NCBI GenBank assembly: GCA_964399965.1
Contig: CAYNRX010000006.1
Span: 2,588 to 66,587 of the forward strand
From: an uncultured Lachnospiraceae bacterium
Lineage (GTDB): Bacteria > Bacillota > Clostridia > UBA1381
Length of the DNA stretch: 64,000 nucleotides
Reading direction: 5' to 3'
The notes below the pieces were generated by a model. That model was not told where the DNA came from. It saw only the letters and a list, made by a program, of their open reading frames with translations, and searched no databases. A program made the position numbers and the translations under genes. Of the stretch, positions 9,852 through 19,593 are shown in pieces. Each line of letters begins with the position of its first letter. Position 1 is the first letter of the stretch.

Positions 9852-11111
9852 ATGGAAGAAAGAAAGCAGAGAAGATGCAGCTTCTGCGGCAGGGGCGAGC
9901 ATGAGGTGGAAACGCTGATATCGGGCAGCGGTGTGTTTATCTGCGACAGCTGTGTACGCCGCTGCGATGAGATATTGGCCAATACACCGGTTGCCAACAG
10001 GGTCAATACTGCCGAGCTGCCAACGCCTGAGGAAATAAAGAATTTTCTCGATCAGTACGTTATAGGTCAAGAGGCGGCCAAGAAGGTCTTGTCGGTCGCT
10101 GTATATAATCATTACAAGCGTATAGGTCATGCGGACGCTGCCCGAGATGTGGAACTGCAAAAGAGCAATATCCTCATGATCGGCCCCACTGGATCGGGGA
10201 AGACGTTCCTTGTACAGAACCTGGCGCGGCTTTTAAATGTCCCCTTTGCAATAGCGGACGCAACGTCGCTTACCGAGGCCGGTTATGTGGGTGAGGATGT
10301 GGAAAATATCCTCCTAAAGCTGATACAGGCTGCGGATTACGATATTGATGAGGCTGAGCGGGGTATAATCTACATCGATGAGATAGACAAGATAGCGAGA
10401 AAGTCGGAGAACACCTCAATAACCCGTGATGTGAGCGGCGAAGGCGTTCAGCAGGCACTTTTGAAAATACTTGAGGGCACTGTGGCTTCCGTTCCTCCGC
10501 AGGGAGGGAGAAAGCATCCGCAGCAGGAGTGTATCCGTATAGATACGACCAATATCCTGTTCATATGCGGAGGAGCGTTCGATGGGATAGAAAAGATAAT
10601 CCAGAACCGTGTCGGCAAGAGCGGGCTGGGCTTTATGGCTGACGTCAAGAGCAAGCGGGAGATGAATATTTCCGAGCTTTTAGCGGAGCTTACGCCGCAG
10701 GATCTTTTGAAATTCGGCCTGATACCGGAGTTTGTGGGACGTTTGCCGGTGTTCGCCAAGATTGACCAGCTTGACCGCGATACCCTGGTACGGATACTTA
10801 CCGAGCCGAAAAATTCGCTTATAAGCCAGTATACGGCGCTTATTGCTATGGATAATGCTGAGCTGGAATTTGACCGTGACGCGGTGGAAGCGATAGCGGA
10901 AAAGGCAATAGAACGCGGTACCGGAGCCAGAGGTCTAAAAGCGATAATCGAGGAGAGTATCCTTGACGTTATGTACCACATTCCGTCCGATAAGACGGTG
11001 CGCAAAGTCATTATTCATAAAAACTGCGTGACAGAGGGAGCTAATCCGGAAATAATCCGCGAAGAGCCGAAAGAACTGTCGGAGCAGCTAAAATTGGAAG
11101 AAACAGGCTGA
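9852..11111 (+). CDS. clpX: ATP-dependent Clp protease ATP-binding subunit ClpX
   Basis: N-terminal zinc ribbon CSFCG...CDSC, Walker A GPTGSGKT, and IYIDEIDK. Confidence 0.95.
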   Translation: MEERKQRRCSFCGRGEHEVETLISGSGVFICDSCVRRCDEILANTPVANRVNTAELPTPEEIKNFLDQYVIGQEAAKKVLSVAVYNHYKRIGHADAARDVELQKSNILMIGPTGSGKTFLVQNLARLLNVPFAIADATSLTEAGYVGEDVENILLKLIQAADYDIDEAERGIIYIDEIDKIARKSENTSITRDVSGEGVQQALLKILEGTVASVPPQGGRKHPQQECIRIDTTNILFICGGAFDGIEKIIQNRVGKSGLGFMADVKSKREMNISELLAELTPQDLLKFGLIPEFVGRLPVFAKIDQLDRDTLVRILTEPKNSLISQYTALIAMDNAELEFDRDAVEAIAEKAIERGTGARGLKAIIEESILDVMYHIPSDKTVRKVIIHKNCVTEGANPEIIREEPKELSEQLKLEETG

Positions 11112-11119
11112 TTTAAACG

Positions 11120-11164
11120 GGCTGCCGCAGTAAAGCACAGGCTTTATTTGCGGCGGCCTTTTTT
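11120..11164 (+). terminator. Intrinsic terminator after clpX
   Basis: GGCTGCCGCA / TGCGGCGGCC stem followed by T6. Confidence 0.65.
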
Positions 11165-11184
11165 AGACGAACAGGAGGAAGATA

Positions 11185-12483
11185 ATGATAGCTGATTGCT
11201 TATCGATAAACGAGAAAAATCATTTGATGATAGGAAAACACGATACGGTGGAATTGGCGGAAAAATTTGGCACGCCGCTCTACGTTATAGACGAGGAGCT
11301 TGTCCGCAAAAACTGCCGCACGTATAAAAATGCTCTTGATAAATATTACGATGGCCGGGGCTTGATACTCTATGCCAGCAAAGCGCTGTGCACGCTGCAT
11401 ATGTGCCGTCTTGCGGCCGAGGAAGGCATGGGGCTGGATGTTGTATCCGGAGGCGAGCTGTATACGGCCCTGAAGGCAGGCTTCCCGATGGAACGAGTGT
11501 ATTTCCACGGCAACAATAAGACCGAGGAGGAGCTTGTGATGGCGGTGGAAAACGGTGTTGGTCATATTGTTGTTGACAACATTTACGAGCTGGAGACTCT
11601 TGACCGCATTGCCGGAGACCGGGGGATAGTGCAGAGGATAATGTTTCGCATCAAGCCCGGCATAGACGCTCATACGCACAGCTTTATTCGTACCGGCCAG
11701 ATCGATTCAAAATTTGGCGTTGCACTTGAAAACGGAGAAGCGTTTGAAATTTATAAAAAGGCGAACGAGATGCAGAATGTAAAGCCGGACGGCGTTCACT
11801 GTCATATCGGATCGCAGATATTTGATATAGAGCCGTTTTGCCGGGCGGCGGAAGTCATGATGAATTTTATAGGCGACCTTAAGGACAAGCTGGGGCTTGA
11901 GGTAGAGCAGCTGAACCTCGGCGGCGGTTTCGGCATACAGTATACAGAGCATGACGATCCGGTGCCTTATGACGAGTATATCCGTCACGTTCACGAGATT
12001 GTAAGGGATACGGCTGAAAAACGCGGCGTTAAGCTGCCGTTTATCGTCATGGAACCGGGACGGTCCATAATTGCTCCCGCAGGGATAACGCTCTATACTG
12101 TGGGCGGCGTCAAAGATATCAAAAATGTGCGCAAGTACGTATCGGTTGACGGCGGCATGGGCGACAATCCGCGATATATTATGTATCAGTCTGAATATAC
12201 GGCCGTAGTGGCAAACCGTGTCACAGGAGAAAAAACGGAAAAGGTGACAGTGGCCGGAAAGTGCTGTGAATCAGGCGATATTCTTTTAAAGGATACCGAG
12301 CTGCCGGAGATACAGGTCGGTGACACACTGGCAGTGCTGGCGACAGGAGCGTATAATTATTCAATGGCCAGCAACTATAACCGCATACCGCGTCCGGCGA
12401 TGGTAGCCGTAGCGGGTGACGATGCGAGGATCGTGGTGAAGCGGGAATCATATGAGGATCTTATAATGAACGATATACTGTAA
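11185..12483 (+). CDS. lysA: Diaminopimelate decarboxylase
   Basis: A 432-aa ORF with the fold-III PLP decarboxylase pattern (YASKA, HIGSQ, GGGFG, CESGD). Confidence 0.9.
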   Translation: MIADCLSINEKNHLMIGKHDTVELAEKFGTPLYVIDEELVRKNCRTYKNALDKYYDGRGLILYASKALCTLHMCRLAAEEGMGLDVVSGGELYTALKAGFPMERVYFHGNNKTEEELVMAVENGVGHIVVDNIYELETLDRIAGDRGIVQRIMFRIKPGIDAHTHSFIRTGQIDSKFGVALENGEAFEIYKKANEMQNVKPDGVHCHIGSQIFDIEPFCRAAEVMMNFIGDLKDKLGLEVEQLNLGGGFGIQYTEHDDPVPYDEYIRHVHEIVRDTAEKRGVKLPFIVMEPGRSIIAPAGITLYTVGGVKDIKNVRKYVSVDGGMGDNPRYIMYQSEYTAVVANRVTGEKTEKVTVAGKCCESGDILLKDTELPEIQVGDTLAVLATGAYNYSMASNYNRIPRPAMVAVAGDDARIVVKRESYEDLIMNDIL

Positions 12484-12575
12484 AAAATCCCCAAAGCAGA
12501 CGAAGAGGATCTTGACCAACGGCGTATCGGCATATCCCTAGGGTGATTTTCATTCGTAGTCAAAGATATAAACAC

Positions 12576-12605
12576 AGGAAATCCGCTAAAAAGGGCGGAT
12601 TTCCT
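12576..12605 (+). terminator. Hairpin after lysA (weak T tract)
   Basis: An 11-bp stem AGGAAATCCGC / GCGGATTTCCT. The downstream sequence is only moderately T-rich. Confidence 0.45.
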
Positions 12606-12742
12606 ACATTTAAAGAGCATTTTAATTTTTTTGGCATATTAAACGCAAGTAAGAGCGATGTATCTATAGCCGTTTTTTTGTATGCGAACTACATGGTTTT
12701 GTCAGCCCTGGAGGATGCCTGTATAAATTTTTCAAAAATATC

Positions 12743-12771
12743 TTGACAAATTCCCCGAAATATGGTATCAT
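12743..12771 (+). promoter_or_regulatory. SigA-type promoter of the DUF3793-flavodoxin pair
   Basis: TTGACA, a 17-nt spacer, then TATCAT. Confidence 0.5.
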
Positions 12772-12851
12772 AATTTCAGTTAGCGATGGGTAATCGCTGT
12801 TTTTTAACACCATGCGTTAGCTATGGCTAACTTATCCGAGGGAGGGATTTT

Positions 12852-13427
12852 ATGCGCATCAAAAGCTATGAGCATCTGCTGCTGTTCCATTGTGCCCCTA
12901 CGCTATATGGAGTCAAATCGGCAAACCTGTTTTCATCAGGCCCTATGGCGCAGGAGGAGCTTGACGCTCTCATAAGGAGCTACTCGTCCATCCTGGCGCC
13001 GCACGGCATCAACATCGACGTGCTTTGCCAATGCGACAGTCATACGCTGTTTTACATATACAACGAACAGCTTTTGATGCGCAAATTATCCGCTCCGGCC
13101 GTGAAACGGTTTTTATCCGGACGCGGCTGGAGTGCGATGCCCGACTGTATTTCCTTATTGTCAGAACTTAAAAGACGCATATGTACAGAGGGCTTTCCTC
13201 ACGAGATAGGACTATTCCTCGACTATCCTCTTGGTGACGTTATCGGCTTTATCGAAAACAGCGGGCAGAATTTTCTCTGTAACGGCTGCTGGAAGGTCTA
13301 CGAAAATAAAGAGGCCGCCCAAGCGCTTTTTCGTTGTTACGACCTTTGCCGCGAGGACGCCTGCCGAAAATACCTGGCCGGGCAATCGCTTGGCGATATC
13401 CTGGAAAGCAAGGGCATTTGTGCGTAA
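12852..13427 (+). CDS. DUF3793 family protein
   Basis: A 191-aa ORF. The N-terminus LLLFHCAPTLYGVKSANLF matches my memory of DUF3793, which commonly precedes a flavodoxin gene. Confidence 0.6.
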   Translation: MRIKSYEHLLLFHCAPTLYGVKSANLFSSGPMAQEELDALIRSYSSILAPHGINIDVLCQCDSHTLFYIYNEQLLMRKLSAPAVKRFLSGRGWSAMPDCISLLSELKRRICTEGFPHEIGLFLDYPLGDVIGFIENSGQNFLCNGCWKVYENKEAAQALFRCYDLCREDACRKYLAGQSLGDILESKGICA

Positions 13428-13480
13428 AAAGCCGCCATACGCGGTTTATATAATAAAAAAGAATGGAGCGTGATCGAAAC

Positions 13481-13891
13481 ATGAAGATCGCAGTTATTTA
13501 TTGGAGCGGCACTGGCAACACCCAGTCAATGGCCGAATACATTGCCGGCGGCATCAAAGAGGCCGGTGCGGAAGCGGAGATATTCGAAGTCTCGGATGCT
13601 CCGATGAGCTTTGAAAATTACGATAAGGTGGCTTTCGGCTGCCCGGCAATGGGTGCCGAGGTCCTGGAGGAGGATGCGTTTGAGCCATATTTTTCCGCCG
13701 TGGAAAGCGGGCTGTCCGGCAAGCCGGTAGCGTTGTTCGGTTCCTACGGCTGGGGAGACGGTGAATGGATGCGTTCCTGGCAGGAACGTACAGCCGCTGA
13801 CGGCGCAGCACTTTTTGAAGAAGGCTTGATCGCCTGCGGCGAAGCGGATGAGAGCGAATGCGCGGACTTCGGGCGGAGATTTGCCTCCTAA
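13481..13891 (+). CDS. Short-chain flavodoxin
   Basis: MKIAVIYWSGTGNT FMN-phosphate loop and GSYGWGDGEWM. ATG 13481 gives the canonical N-terminus. Confidence 0.85.
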   Translation: MKIAVIYWSGTGNTQSMAEYIAGGIKEAGAEAEIFEVSDAPMSFENYDKVAFGCPAMGAEVLEEDAFEPYFSAVESGLSGKPVALFGSYGWGDGEWMRSWQERTAADGAALFEEGLIACGEADESECADFGRRFAS

Positions 13892-13902
13892 ACAGATACA
13901 AT

Positions 13903-14082
13903 TATTTCCTTATTCTGGGGAGCGCAAGGGTGAAACCCTCGAATTCCAATCAATTTTTGACGACATGCGCGTCAAAAATTGCGAAAATAAAAGTTTCAGC
14001 GGTCTTTAGACCGCCAATCAACGGAACTTTTATTTTCTTCCTTAGCCAGAAATCAATTGCGAAAAGGTTTCGCAATTGACTA
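13903..14082 (+). mobile_element. MITE-like element, copy A. It is 180 bp, lacks the 5' hairpin, and lies in the flavodoxin 3' UTR.
   Basis: Flanked by a perfect AGATACAAT repeat at 13894-13902 and 14083-14091. I count about 6 substitutions against copy C over about 173 shared nt. Confidence 0.8.
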
Positions 14083-14135
14083 AGATACAATGATCCATCC
14101 ATAAATGGGCTTTATTGGGCGAAATACATAAAGAG

Positions 14136-14177
14136 CACGGTCGTACTTTGATGCACCACAGTACGACCGTGTTTTTT
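14136..14177 (+). terminator. Intrinsic terminator of the flavodoxin transcript
   Basis: An 11-bp stem CACGGTCGTAC / GTACGACCGTG followed by T6. Confidence 0.75.
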
Positions 14178-14270
14178 CTATGTGTTTCTATCTACGATCC
14201 TCTAATTATATGCTTATTGAAAATATTGTATCCTGCAATGCTGATTTAACTTAAATTTTTTATAAACCCC

Positions 14271-14299
14271 TTGACAATTGCAGCGTTTGGGTATATAAT
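14271..14299 (+). promoter_or_regulatory. SigA-type promoter of the TetR/ABC unit
   Basis: TTGACA, a 17-nt spacer, then TATAAT. Confidence 0.6.
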
Positions 14300-14325
14300 A
14301 TAACAGTGTTATATAACACTGTTAT
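14300..14325 (+). promoter_or_regulatory. Perfect 26-bp palindrome, the probable TetR operator
   Basis: ATAACAGTGTTAT / ATAACACTGTTAT starts immediately after the -10 hexamer and covers the expected transcription start. Confidence 0.6.
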
Positions 14326-14337
14326 ACGGAGGTCGAT

Positions 14338-14955
14338 ATGAGCGAGACTGAACAGACGACATTAAACGCTATCCTTTCGGCGGCGGAAACGGAGTTTCGG
14401 GAAAAAGGCTTTCTGTCGGCGTCGCTTAGGAATATCGTCAAAACGGCAGGCGTTACGACCGGCGCGTTTTACGGCTATTTTAAGAGCAAGGAAGAGCTGT
14501 TCGAGGCGCTTGTGGGAGAACAGTATGAATATTTTCTTAACTGCTTTATCAAGGCGCAGACTGATTTTGCAGACCTCCCATTGGAGGAACAGCCCGAAAT
14601 GCTTGGCAATATTTCGGGTGCATGTATGCATGAAATGCTCCACTACGCCTACGAGCATCTCAGCGCGTTCAAGCTCATACTGTGCAGCTCGGAAGGCACA
14701 AGATTTTCTGGACTTGTTGACAAGATGGTAGAGATCGAGACGGAAGGCACGCACGAATATCTGAAGGTGCTTGAGGCTCTCGGCAGACCCTCCCCGCCTA
14801 TAGACGAACATCTTGAGCATATCCTTATCACCGGAATGTTCAACACCTTTTTTGAGCTTATCATACACGAAATGCCGCTTGAGAGGGCAGAGCATTATCT
14901 GAAAGAAATGCGCGCTTTTTACACCGCCGGATGGATGAAAATTATGGGGCAGTAA
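14338..14955 (+). CDS. TetR/AcrR family transcriptional regulator
   Basis: N-terminal HTH pattern FREKGFLSASLRNIVKTAGVTTGAFYGYFKSKEELF. Confidence 0.9.
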   Translation: MSETEQTTLNAILSAAETEFREKGFLSASLRNIVKTAGVTTGAFYGYFKSKEELFEALVGEQYEYFLNCFIKAQTDFADLPLEEQPEMLGNISGACMHEMLHYAYEHLSAFKLILCSSEGTRFSGLVDKMVEIETEGTHEYLKVLEALGRPSPPIDEHLEHILITGMFNTFFELIIHEMPLERAEHYLKEMRAFYTAGWMKIMGQ

Positions 14956-15066
14956 AGCCCTATAATTTTTGACCTGCGGTTAGCTTTAACTAACCTTTAT
15001 TTAGCTTGGATATTAAACGGATACGTGCCGTTTTTATCATAAAAAATTTACGAGGAGGTTCTTTGG

Positions 15067-16845
15067 ATGAAGAAACGATCTAACTTATCAAGGCTGATGA
15101 GCTATGCCGGCAAGCACAGAGTACTGACATACCTTTCGTGGGTGCTGTCATCCGCAAGCGCGCTGCTTGCACTGGTGCCGTTCTGGTATATATGGCGCAT
15201 CATCCATGACATACTTGAGGCGTCCCCCGATTTTTCAAAAGCCGGGAATGTCGTAAGCTACGGCTGGTCGGCAGTGCTGTTTGCGGTAGTATCAATTATC
15301 GTGTACATAGCGGCACTGATGTGCTCACATCTGAGCGCGTTTAGGATAGCCTCAAATATCAGAAAGACGCTTATGCGCCATATTGCCGCCCTGCCTTTGG
15401 GTATCACAGAAAAGTACGGCAGCGGAAAGCTCAGGAGGATAGTGAACGATTCAAGCTCCGCTGCCGAAACCTATCTGGCGCACAGGCTGCCGGATAAGGC
15501 CGGAGCGATCACAACGCCGATAGGTTTGCTGTTCTTGCTGCTCGTGTTCGATTGGCGGCTCGGGCTTTTAAGCCTTATTCCCGTTATTTTGGGATTTATG
15601 ATAATGACTAAGATGACGGGCGCAAGCATGGAACAGAAGATGAAAGAATATCAAAACTCGCTTTCCGATATGTCCAACGAGGCAGTGGAATATGTCCGCG
15701 GTATACCTGTTGTAAAAACATTCGGCCAGACGGTGTTTTCTTTTAAGCGCTTTAAGGCGTCCATAGACAATTACGAAAAATGGGTCATAGCCTACACAAA
15801 GGCGCTGCGCCTGCCAATGATGTTTTACACCACGGCGATAAACGGAGTATTCGCGTTTTTGATAGCCGGAGCGATCATATTTTCACGCGGCGGCGTAACG
15901 AATGACCTGCTCTTAAATCTTATCTTCTATATCGTCATAACTCCCGTGATCAGTACTACGCTCACAAGGATCATGTTTATGAGTGAGGATGCGATGATCG
16001 TAAACGATGCGCTTGGCAGGATAGATGAAGTGCTCGGCGAAAAGCCGCTTTCAGAAAGCAGCCGCGGCAGAATTCCATCCGATAATTCCGTTTCGCTCGA
16101 GCACGTGAGCTACAGCTACGACGGTGTAAAAAACGCCTTAAACGATGTTTCCCTGTCGATAAAACCCGGAGAGACAACGGCACTTGTGGGCCCTTCGGGC
16201 GGCGGTAAGACGACTCTTGCGAATATCATCACAAGGTTTTTCGACCCGCAAAAGGGACGCGTGCTCATAGGCGGCACGGATATACGTGACATTCCCAAGG
16301 AGAAGCTTATGGACACAGTATCGTTCGTATTCCAGAACAGCCGTCTTATCAAGGCGTCGATACTTGAAAATGTGAGGATGGCAAGGCCGGAGGCTTCAAG
16401 AGAAGAAGTAACGCACGTTTTGGAAACGGCGCAGTGTGCCGATATAATCGCAAAACTGCCGGACGGCATAGACACAGTCGTGGGAGCGAACGGCATATAC
16501 CTTTCGGGCGGTGAACAGCAGAGGGTTGCTATAGCAAGAGCCGTGCTCAAAAATGCGCCTATTCTGATTCTCGATGAGGCAACAGCCTTTGCCGACCCTG
16601 ACAATGAGGTACGCGTACAGCAGGCTATGTCGGCTCTTTCAAAGGGCAAGACGGTCATAATGATAGCCCACAGGCTGTCGTCAGTCACAAACGCGGACCG
16701 CATTTGCGTAATGAGTGAGGGCAGTATAGCCGAAAGCGGCACATTCTCCGAGCTTATGGATAAAGGCGGAATATTTGCTCATATGTGGGGGAATTATTCA
16801 AAATCTGCGGACTGGAAAATAGAAAAGGAGGGAAAACAGTTATGA
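15067..16845 (+). CDS. ABC transporter, fused permease/ATPase (exporter half-transporter)
   Basis: Six-TM region followed by Walker A GPSGGGKTT, signature LSGGEQQR and Walker B ILILDEA. Confidence 0.9.
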   Translation: MKKRSNLSRLMSYAGKHRVLTYLSWVLSSASALLALVPFWYIWRIIHDILEASPDFSKAGNVVSYGWSAVLFAVVSIIVYIAALMCSHLSAFRIASNIRKTLMRHIAALPLGITEKYGSGKLRRIVNDSSSAAETYLAHRLPDKAGAITTPIGLLFLLLVFDWRLGLLSLIPVILGFMIMTKMTGASMEQKMKEYQNSLSDMSNEAVEYVRGIPVVKTFGQTVFSFKRFKASIDNYEKWVIAYTKALRLPMMFYTTAINGVFAFLIAGAIIFSRGGVTNDLLLNLIFYIVITPVISTTLTRIMFMSEDAMIVNDALGRIDEVLGEKPLSESSRGRIPSDNSVSLEHVSYSYDGVKNALNDVSLSIKPGETTALVGPSGGGKTTLANIITRFFDPQKGRVLIGGTDIRDIPKEKLMDTVSFVFQNSRLIKASILENVRMARPEASREEVTHVLETAQCADIIAKLPDGIDTVVGANGIYLSGGEQQRVAIARAVLKNAPILILDEATAFADPDNEVRVQQAMSALSKGKTVIMIAHRLSSVTNADRICVMSEGSIAESGTFSELMDKGGIFAHMWGNYSKSADWKIEKEGKQL

Positions 16846-18572
16846 TAAAAAAGCTTCAAAGACGCTTTGCACTGTCAAGACAAGGCGCTGTTGATCTGAT
16901 AAAGGGCTGCCTTGCCTGCGTTATGCAGGATATATCATTCATGCTGCCCGTCGGACTTTTATATTATCTCGTCATCGACATGATGAACGGCGGCGTGACA
17001 GGCGGCAGGATAGTCTTTTACACTGTCGGCGCGCTTATCTGCCTTACTCTCATATTTGTCGTGACATATTTTCAGTACAACGCCACATATCTTGCTACAT
17101 ATGTGGAAAGCGGCGTGCGGCGCATAACTCTTGCCGAGCAGCTGCGGAAGATACCTCTTTCGTTCTTCGGGAAAAAGGATCTTGCGGATCTTACAAATTC
17201 GATCATGGGCGACTGTGCCACTCTCGAAACAGCATTTTCCCATTACGTTCCGGCCCTTGCAGGCTCGGTCATCTCCACAACACTTATTGCGGTATGCTTA
17301 TTTTTCTATGATTGGCGCATGGCTTTGGCGGCTGTATGGGTGCTGCCGGTCGCTTTTGCGATAACGCTCTTTTCGGCGCGTATTCAAGGGTACTTTAATA
17401 AAAAAGCCTCTGCCGCAAATGTTGCGCTTGAGACCGGGGTTCAGGAGTGTATCGAAAGTTTGCAGGATCTAAAAGCAAACAATGCCGAGAAGCGCTATCT
17501 CAAAGGGCTCGACAAGAAGATAGACTATGCCGAAAAACGGCACATCATAACCGAGCTGGGAACAGCGCTCTTTGTCGTCTCATCAACGCTTATATTAAAA
17601 TTCGGCATTGCCACAGTATCCCTTGTCGGATCGGTTCTGCTTATACGCGGGGAAATAAACATTCCTCTCTTCTTTATGTTCCTGCTCGTTGCCTCAAGGC
17701 TTTATTCACCGCTGGAGGGCGCGCTCCAGAATCTTGCAGCGGTCATCTCCACAAGGACAAATATTGACCGCATGAATGAAATACTCGACCGTCCTGTCCA
17801 GACCGGCTCGAATGTGATAACAAACCACGGCTGCGATATTAAGTTTGAGCATGTTGGCTTTGCGTACAACACAGGCGAGACCGTATTGAAAGATGTGTCG
17901 TTCACCGCAAAGCAGGGTGAGGTCACGGCTCTTGTCGGCCCCTCCGGCGGAGGAAAAACTACGGTATCCCGCCTTGCTGCACGTTTTTGGGATATCGACA
18001 AGGGAAAGATCACGGTTGGCGGTATGGATATATCAAAAATAGAGCCGGAAACACTGCTGTCGCTCTATTCCATCGTGTTTCAGGATGTTACATTATTCAA
18101 CAACACCGTAAAGGAAAATATCAGGATCGGGAAAAAGGACGCAACCGACGAGGAGGTCATAGCTGCAGCACGGCTTGCCAACTGCGAGGAGTTTGTAAAC
18201 AAACTGCCGGACGGCTACAACAGCATGATCGGTGAGAACGGCTGCGAGCTGTCGGGCGGCGAACGCCAGCGTATCTCCATCGCAAGAGCCTTTCTTAAAG
18301 ACGCGCCGATCATCCTGTTGGACGAGGCAACGGCAAGCCTTGACGTTGAAAACGAGACACTGATACAAGCAGCACTTTCAAGGCTCATAAAGGATAAGAC
18401 GGTGCTTGTTATTGCACACCGTATGCGGACGGTGAGCGGCACCGATAAGGTGATCGTGCTTTCAGGCGGCACCGTCGCTGAACAGGGACGTCCCGACGAA
18501 CTAATGAACAACGGAAAAATATATCCGCACATGGTAAAGCTCCAGATGATGAGTCAGGACTGGGGGATATAG
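16842..18572 (+). CDS. ABC transporter, fused permease/ATPase (partner half-transporter)
   Basis: ATG 16842 overlaps the upstream stop (ATGA) and follows a GGAGGG SD. It has GPSGGGKTT, LSGGERQR and ILLDEA. Confidence 0.9.
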   Translation: MIKKLQRRFALSRQGAVDLIKGCLACVMQDISFMLPVGLLYYLVIDMMNGGVTGGRIVFYTVGALICLTLIFVVTYFQYNATYLATYVESGVRRITLAEQLRKIPLSFFGKKDLADLTNSIMGDCATLETAFSHYVPALAGSVISTTLIAVCLFFYDWRMALAAVWVLPVAFAITLFSARIQGYFNKKASAANVALETGVQECIESLQDLKANNAEKRYLKGLDKKIDYAEKRHIITELGTALFVVSSTLILKFGIATVSLVGSVLLIRGEINIPLFFMFLLVASRLYSPLEGALQNLAAVISTRTNIDRMNEILDRPVQTGSNVITNHGCDIKFEHVGFAYNTGETVLKDVSFTAKQGEVTALVGPSGGGKTTVSRLAARFWDIDKGKITVGGMDISKIEPETLLSLYSIVFQDVTLFNNTVKENIRIGKKDATDEEVIAAARLANCEEFVNKLPDGYNSMIGENGCELSGGERQRISIARAFLKDAPIILLDEATASLDVENETLIQAALSRLIKDKTVLVIAHRMRTVSGTDKVIVLSGGTVAEQGRPDELMNNGKIYPHMVKLQMMSQDWGI

Positions 18573-18597
18573 TCTTATATTCCGCTAAACATAGAAG

Positions 18598-18637
18598 AAA
18601 AGGGCATATCGCAAATTCACCGCGATATGCCCTTTCT
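18598..18637. terminator. Bidirectional terminator hairpin between the ABC gene and the nitroreductase gene
   Basis: A 12-bp stem AGGGCATATCGC / GCGATATGCCCT with A/T-rich flanks on both sides. Confidence 0.6.
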
Positions 18638-18675
18638 GCATCCTGTCGTTAAATTTTTACTTTTGCATTTTTGTT

Positions 18676-19206
18676 TTACGCCTTTATTACATATCCGCTC
18701 TTACGCGGCTTTGCTTCGGGGAGTTTGTCCGCCGCATAGCCGAGGATGCAATTTCCTATTCCTTCGCAGCTTTCCGGTACTCCCCATTTTTTCATAAGCT
18801 CACGGCCTTCGGGACTTTCAAAAACCTCTTTGGCTCTGTGTATCCAGCAGGAACCGAGTCCCACGGCATGAGCAGCGTTTAGAAGATTCCCCATAACGAG
18901 AGAACCATCGTAAAGATATGTGCCGCGCGATTTGTCAGCAAAAACAACGATTACAGTCGGAGCACCGTAAAAAGGATCGGAGTCCGTACCCATAACGGCA
19001 GCATTAAGACGTGAAAGCTCTGCCACCTCTGCCTTGTCCTGCACAACAACCATCACCGGCGACATAAGTCCCATGCCTGTAGGCGCGTATTCGCCGGCCT
19101 CTAAGACAGCGTCCAGCTCTTCTGGACGTATTTGCTCCGCCTTGTAGGAACGCACGCTGCGTCTTGATTTTAATGAGTCTAACACTATTTTGCCCTTATC
19201 GTCCAT
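18676..19206 (-). CDS. Nitroreductase family protein
   Basis: A 176-aa ORF with LKSRRSVRSY near the N-terminus, typical of this family. Confidence 0.8.
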   Translation of the reverse strand: MDDKGKIVLDSLKSRRSVRSYKAEQIRPEELDAVLEAGEYAPTGMGLMSPVMVVVQDKAEVAELSRLNAAVMGTDSDPFYGAPTVIVVFADKSRGTYLYDGSLVMGNLLNAAHAVGLGSCWIHRAKEVFESPEGRELMKKWGVPESCEGIGNCILGYAADKLPEAKPRKSGYVIKA

Positions 19207-19233
19207 AATTGTACTCCTTTCGCGGGATTGTGT

Positions 19234-19593
19234 TTATTTTTTCAAGGCTTCCTCCCACTGAGCGGGACGAAAACCGAATAATACAAAATCATCACCGACA
19301 AGTATCGGACGGCGCACCATCATTCCATCGGAAGCCAGCAGATCAAGCTGCTCGTCCTCGCTCATGTCAGCCAGCTTGTCCTTTAGGTGCAGCTGCTTAT
19401 AGAGCATCCCGCTGGTGTTGAAAAACCGCTTCAGAGGGAGCGGGCTTATTTTGTGCCAATGCTCCAGCTCCTCGCGCGTAGGGTTTTCTGCGCGGATATC
19501 CCTGTCCGTGTATTCGATGTTGTTATCCTTGAGCCACTGCACCGCCCTTTTGCAGGTGACGCAATTAGGGTATTGTATACATAATACCTTCAT
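19234..19593 (-). CDS. ArsC/Spx-family (YffB-like) protein
   Basis: MKVLCIQYPNCVTCKRAVQWL thioredoxin-like N-terminus. ATG 19593 gives the family-typical start. Confidence 0.7.
   Translation of the reverse strand: MKVLCIQYPNCVTCKRAVQWLKDNNIEYTDRDIRAENPTREELEHWHKISPLPLKRFFNTSGMLYKQLHLKDKLADMSEDEQLDLLASDGMMVRRPILVGDDFVLFGFRPAQWEEALKK

Noticed and set aside
12810-12832. GTTAGC-containing hairpins lie upstream of the DUF3793 gene (about 12810-12832) and of the first ABC gene (about 14975-14996), suggesting a shared operator.
   Set aside because: Only a 7-mer is shared. Several such matches are expected by chance in 64 kb on two strands.
13858-14079. Small ORFs lie inside the repeat copies (13858-14079 +, 20743-20946 -) and share the peptide ...KPSN.NQFLTTCASKIAKIKVSAV.
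   Set aside because: The similarity is due to repeated DNA. After the shared segment, a 1-nt loop-length difference shifts the frame between copies, and copy C interrupts it with a 65-nt insertion. Coding capacity is therefore not conserved.
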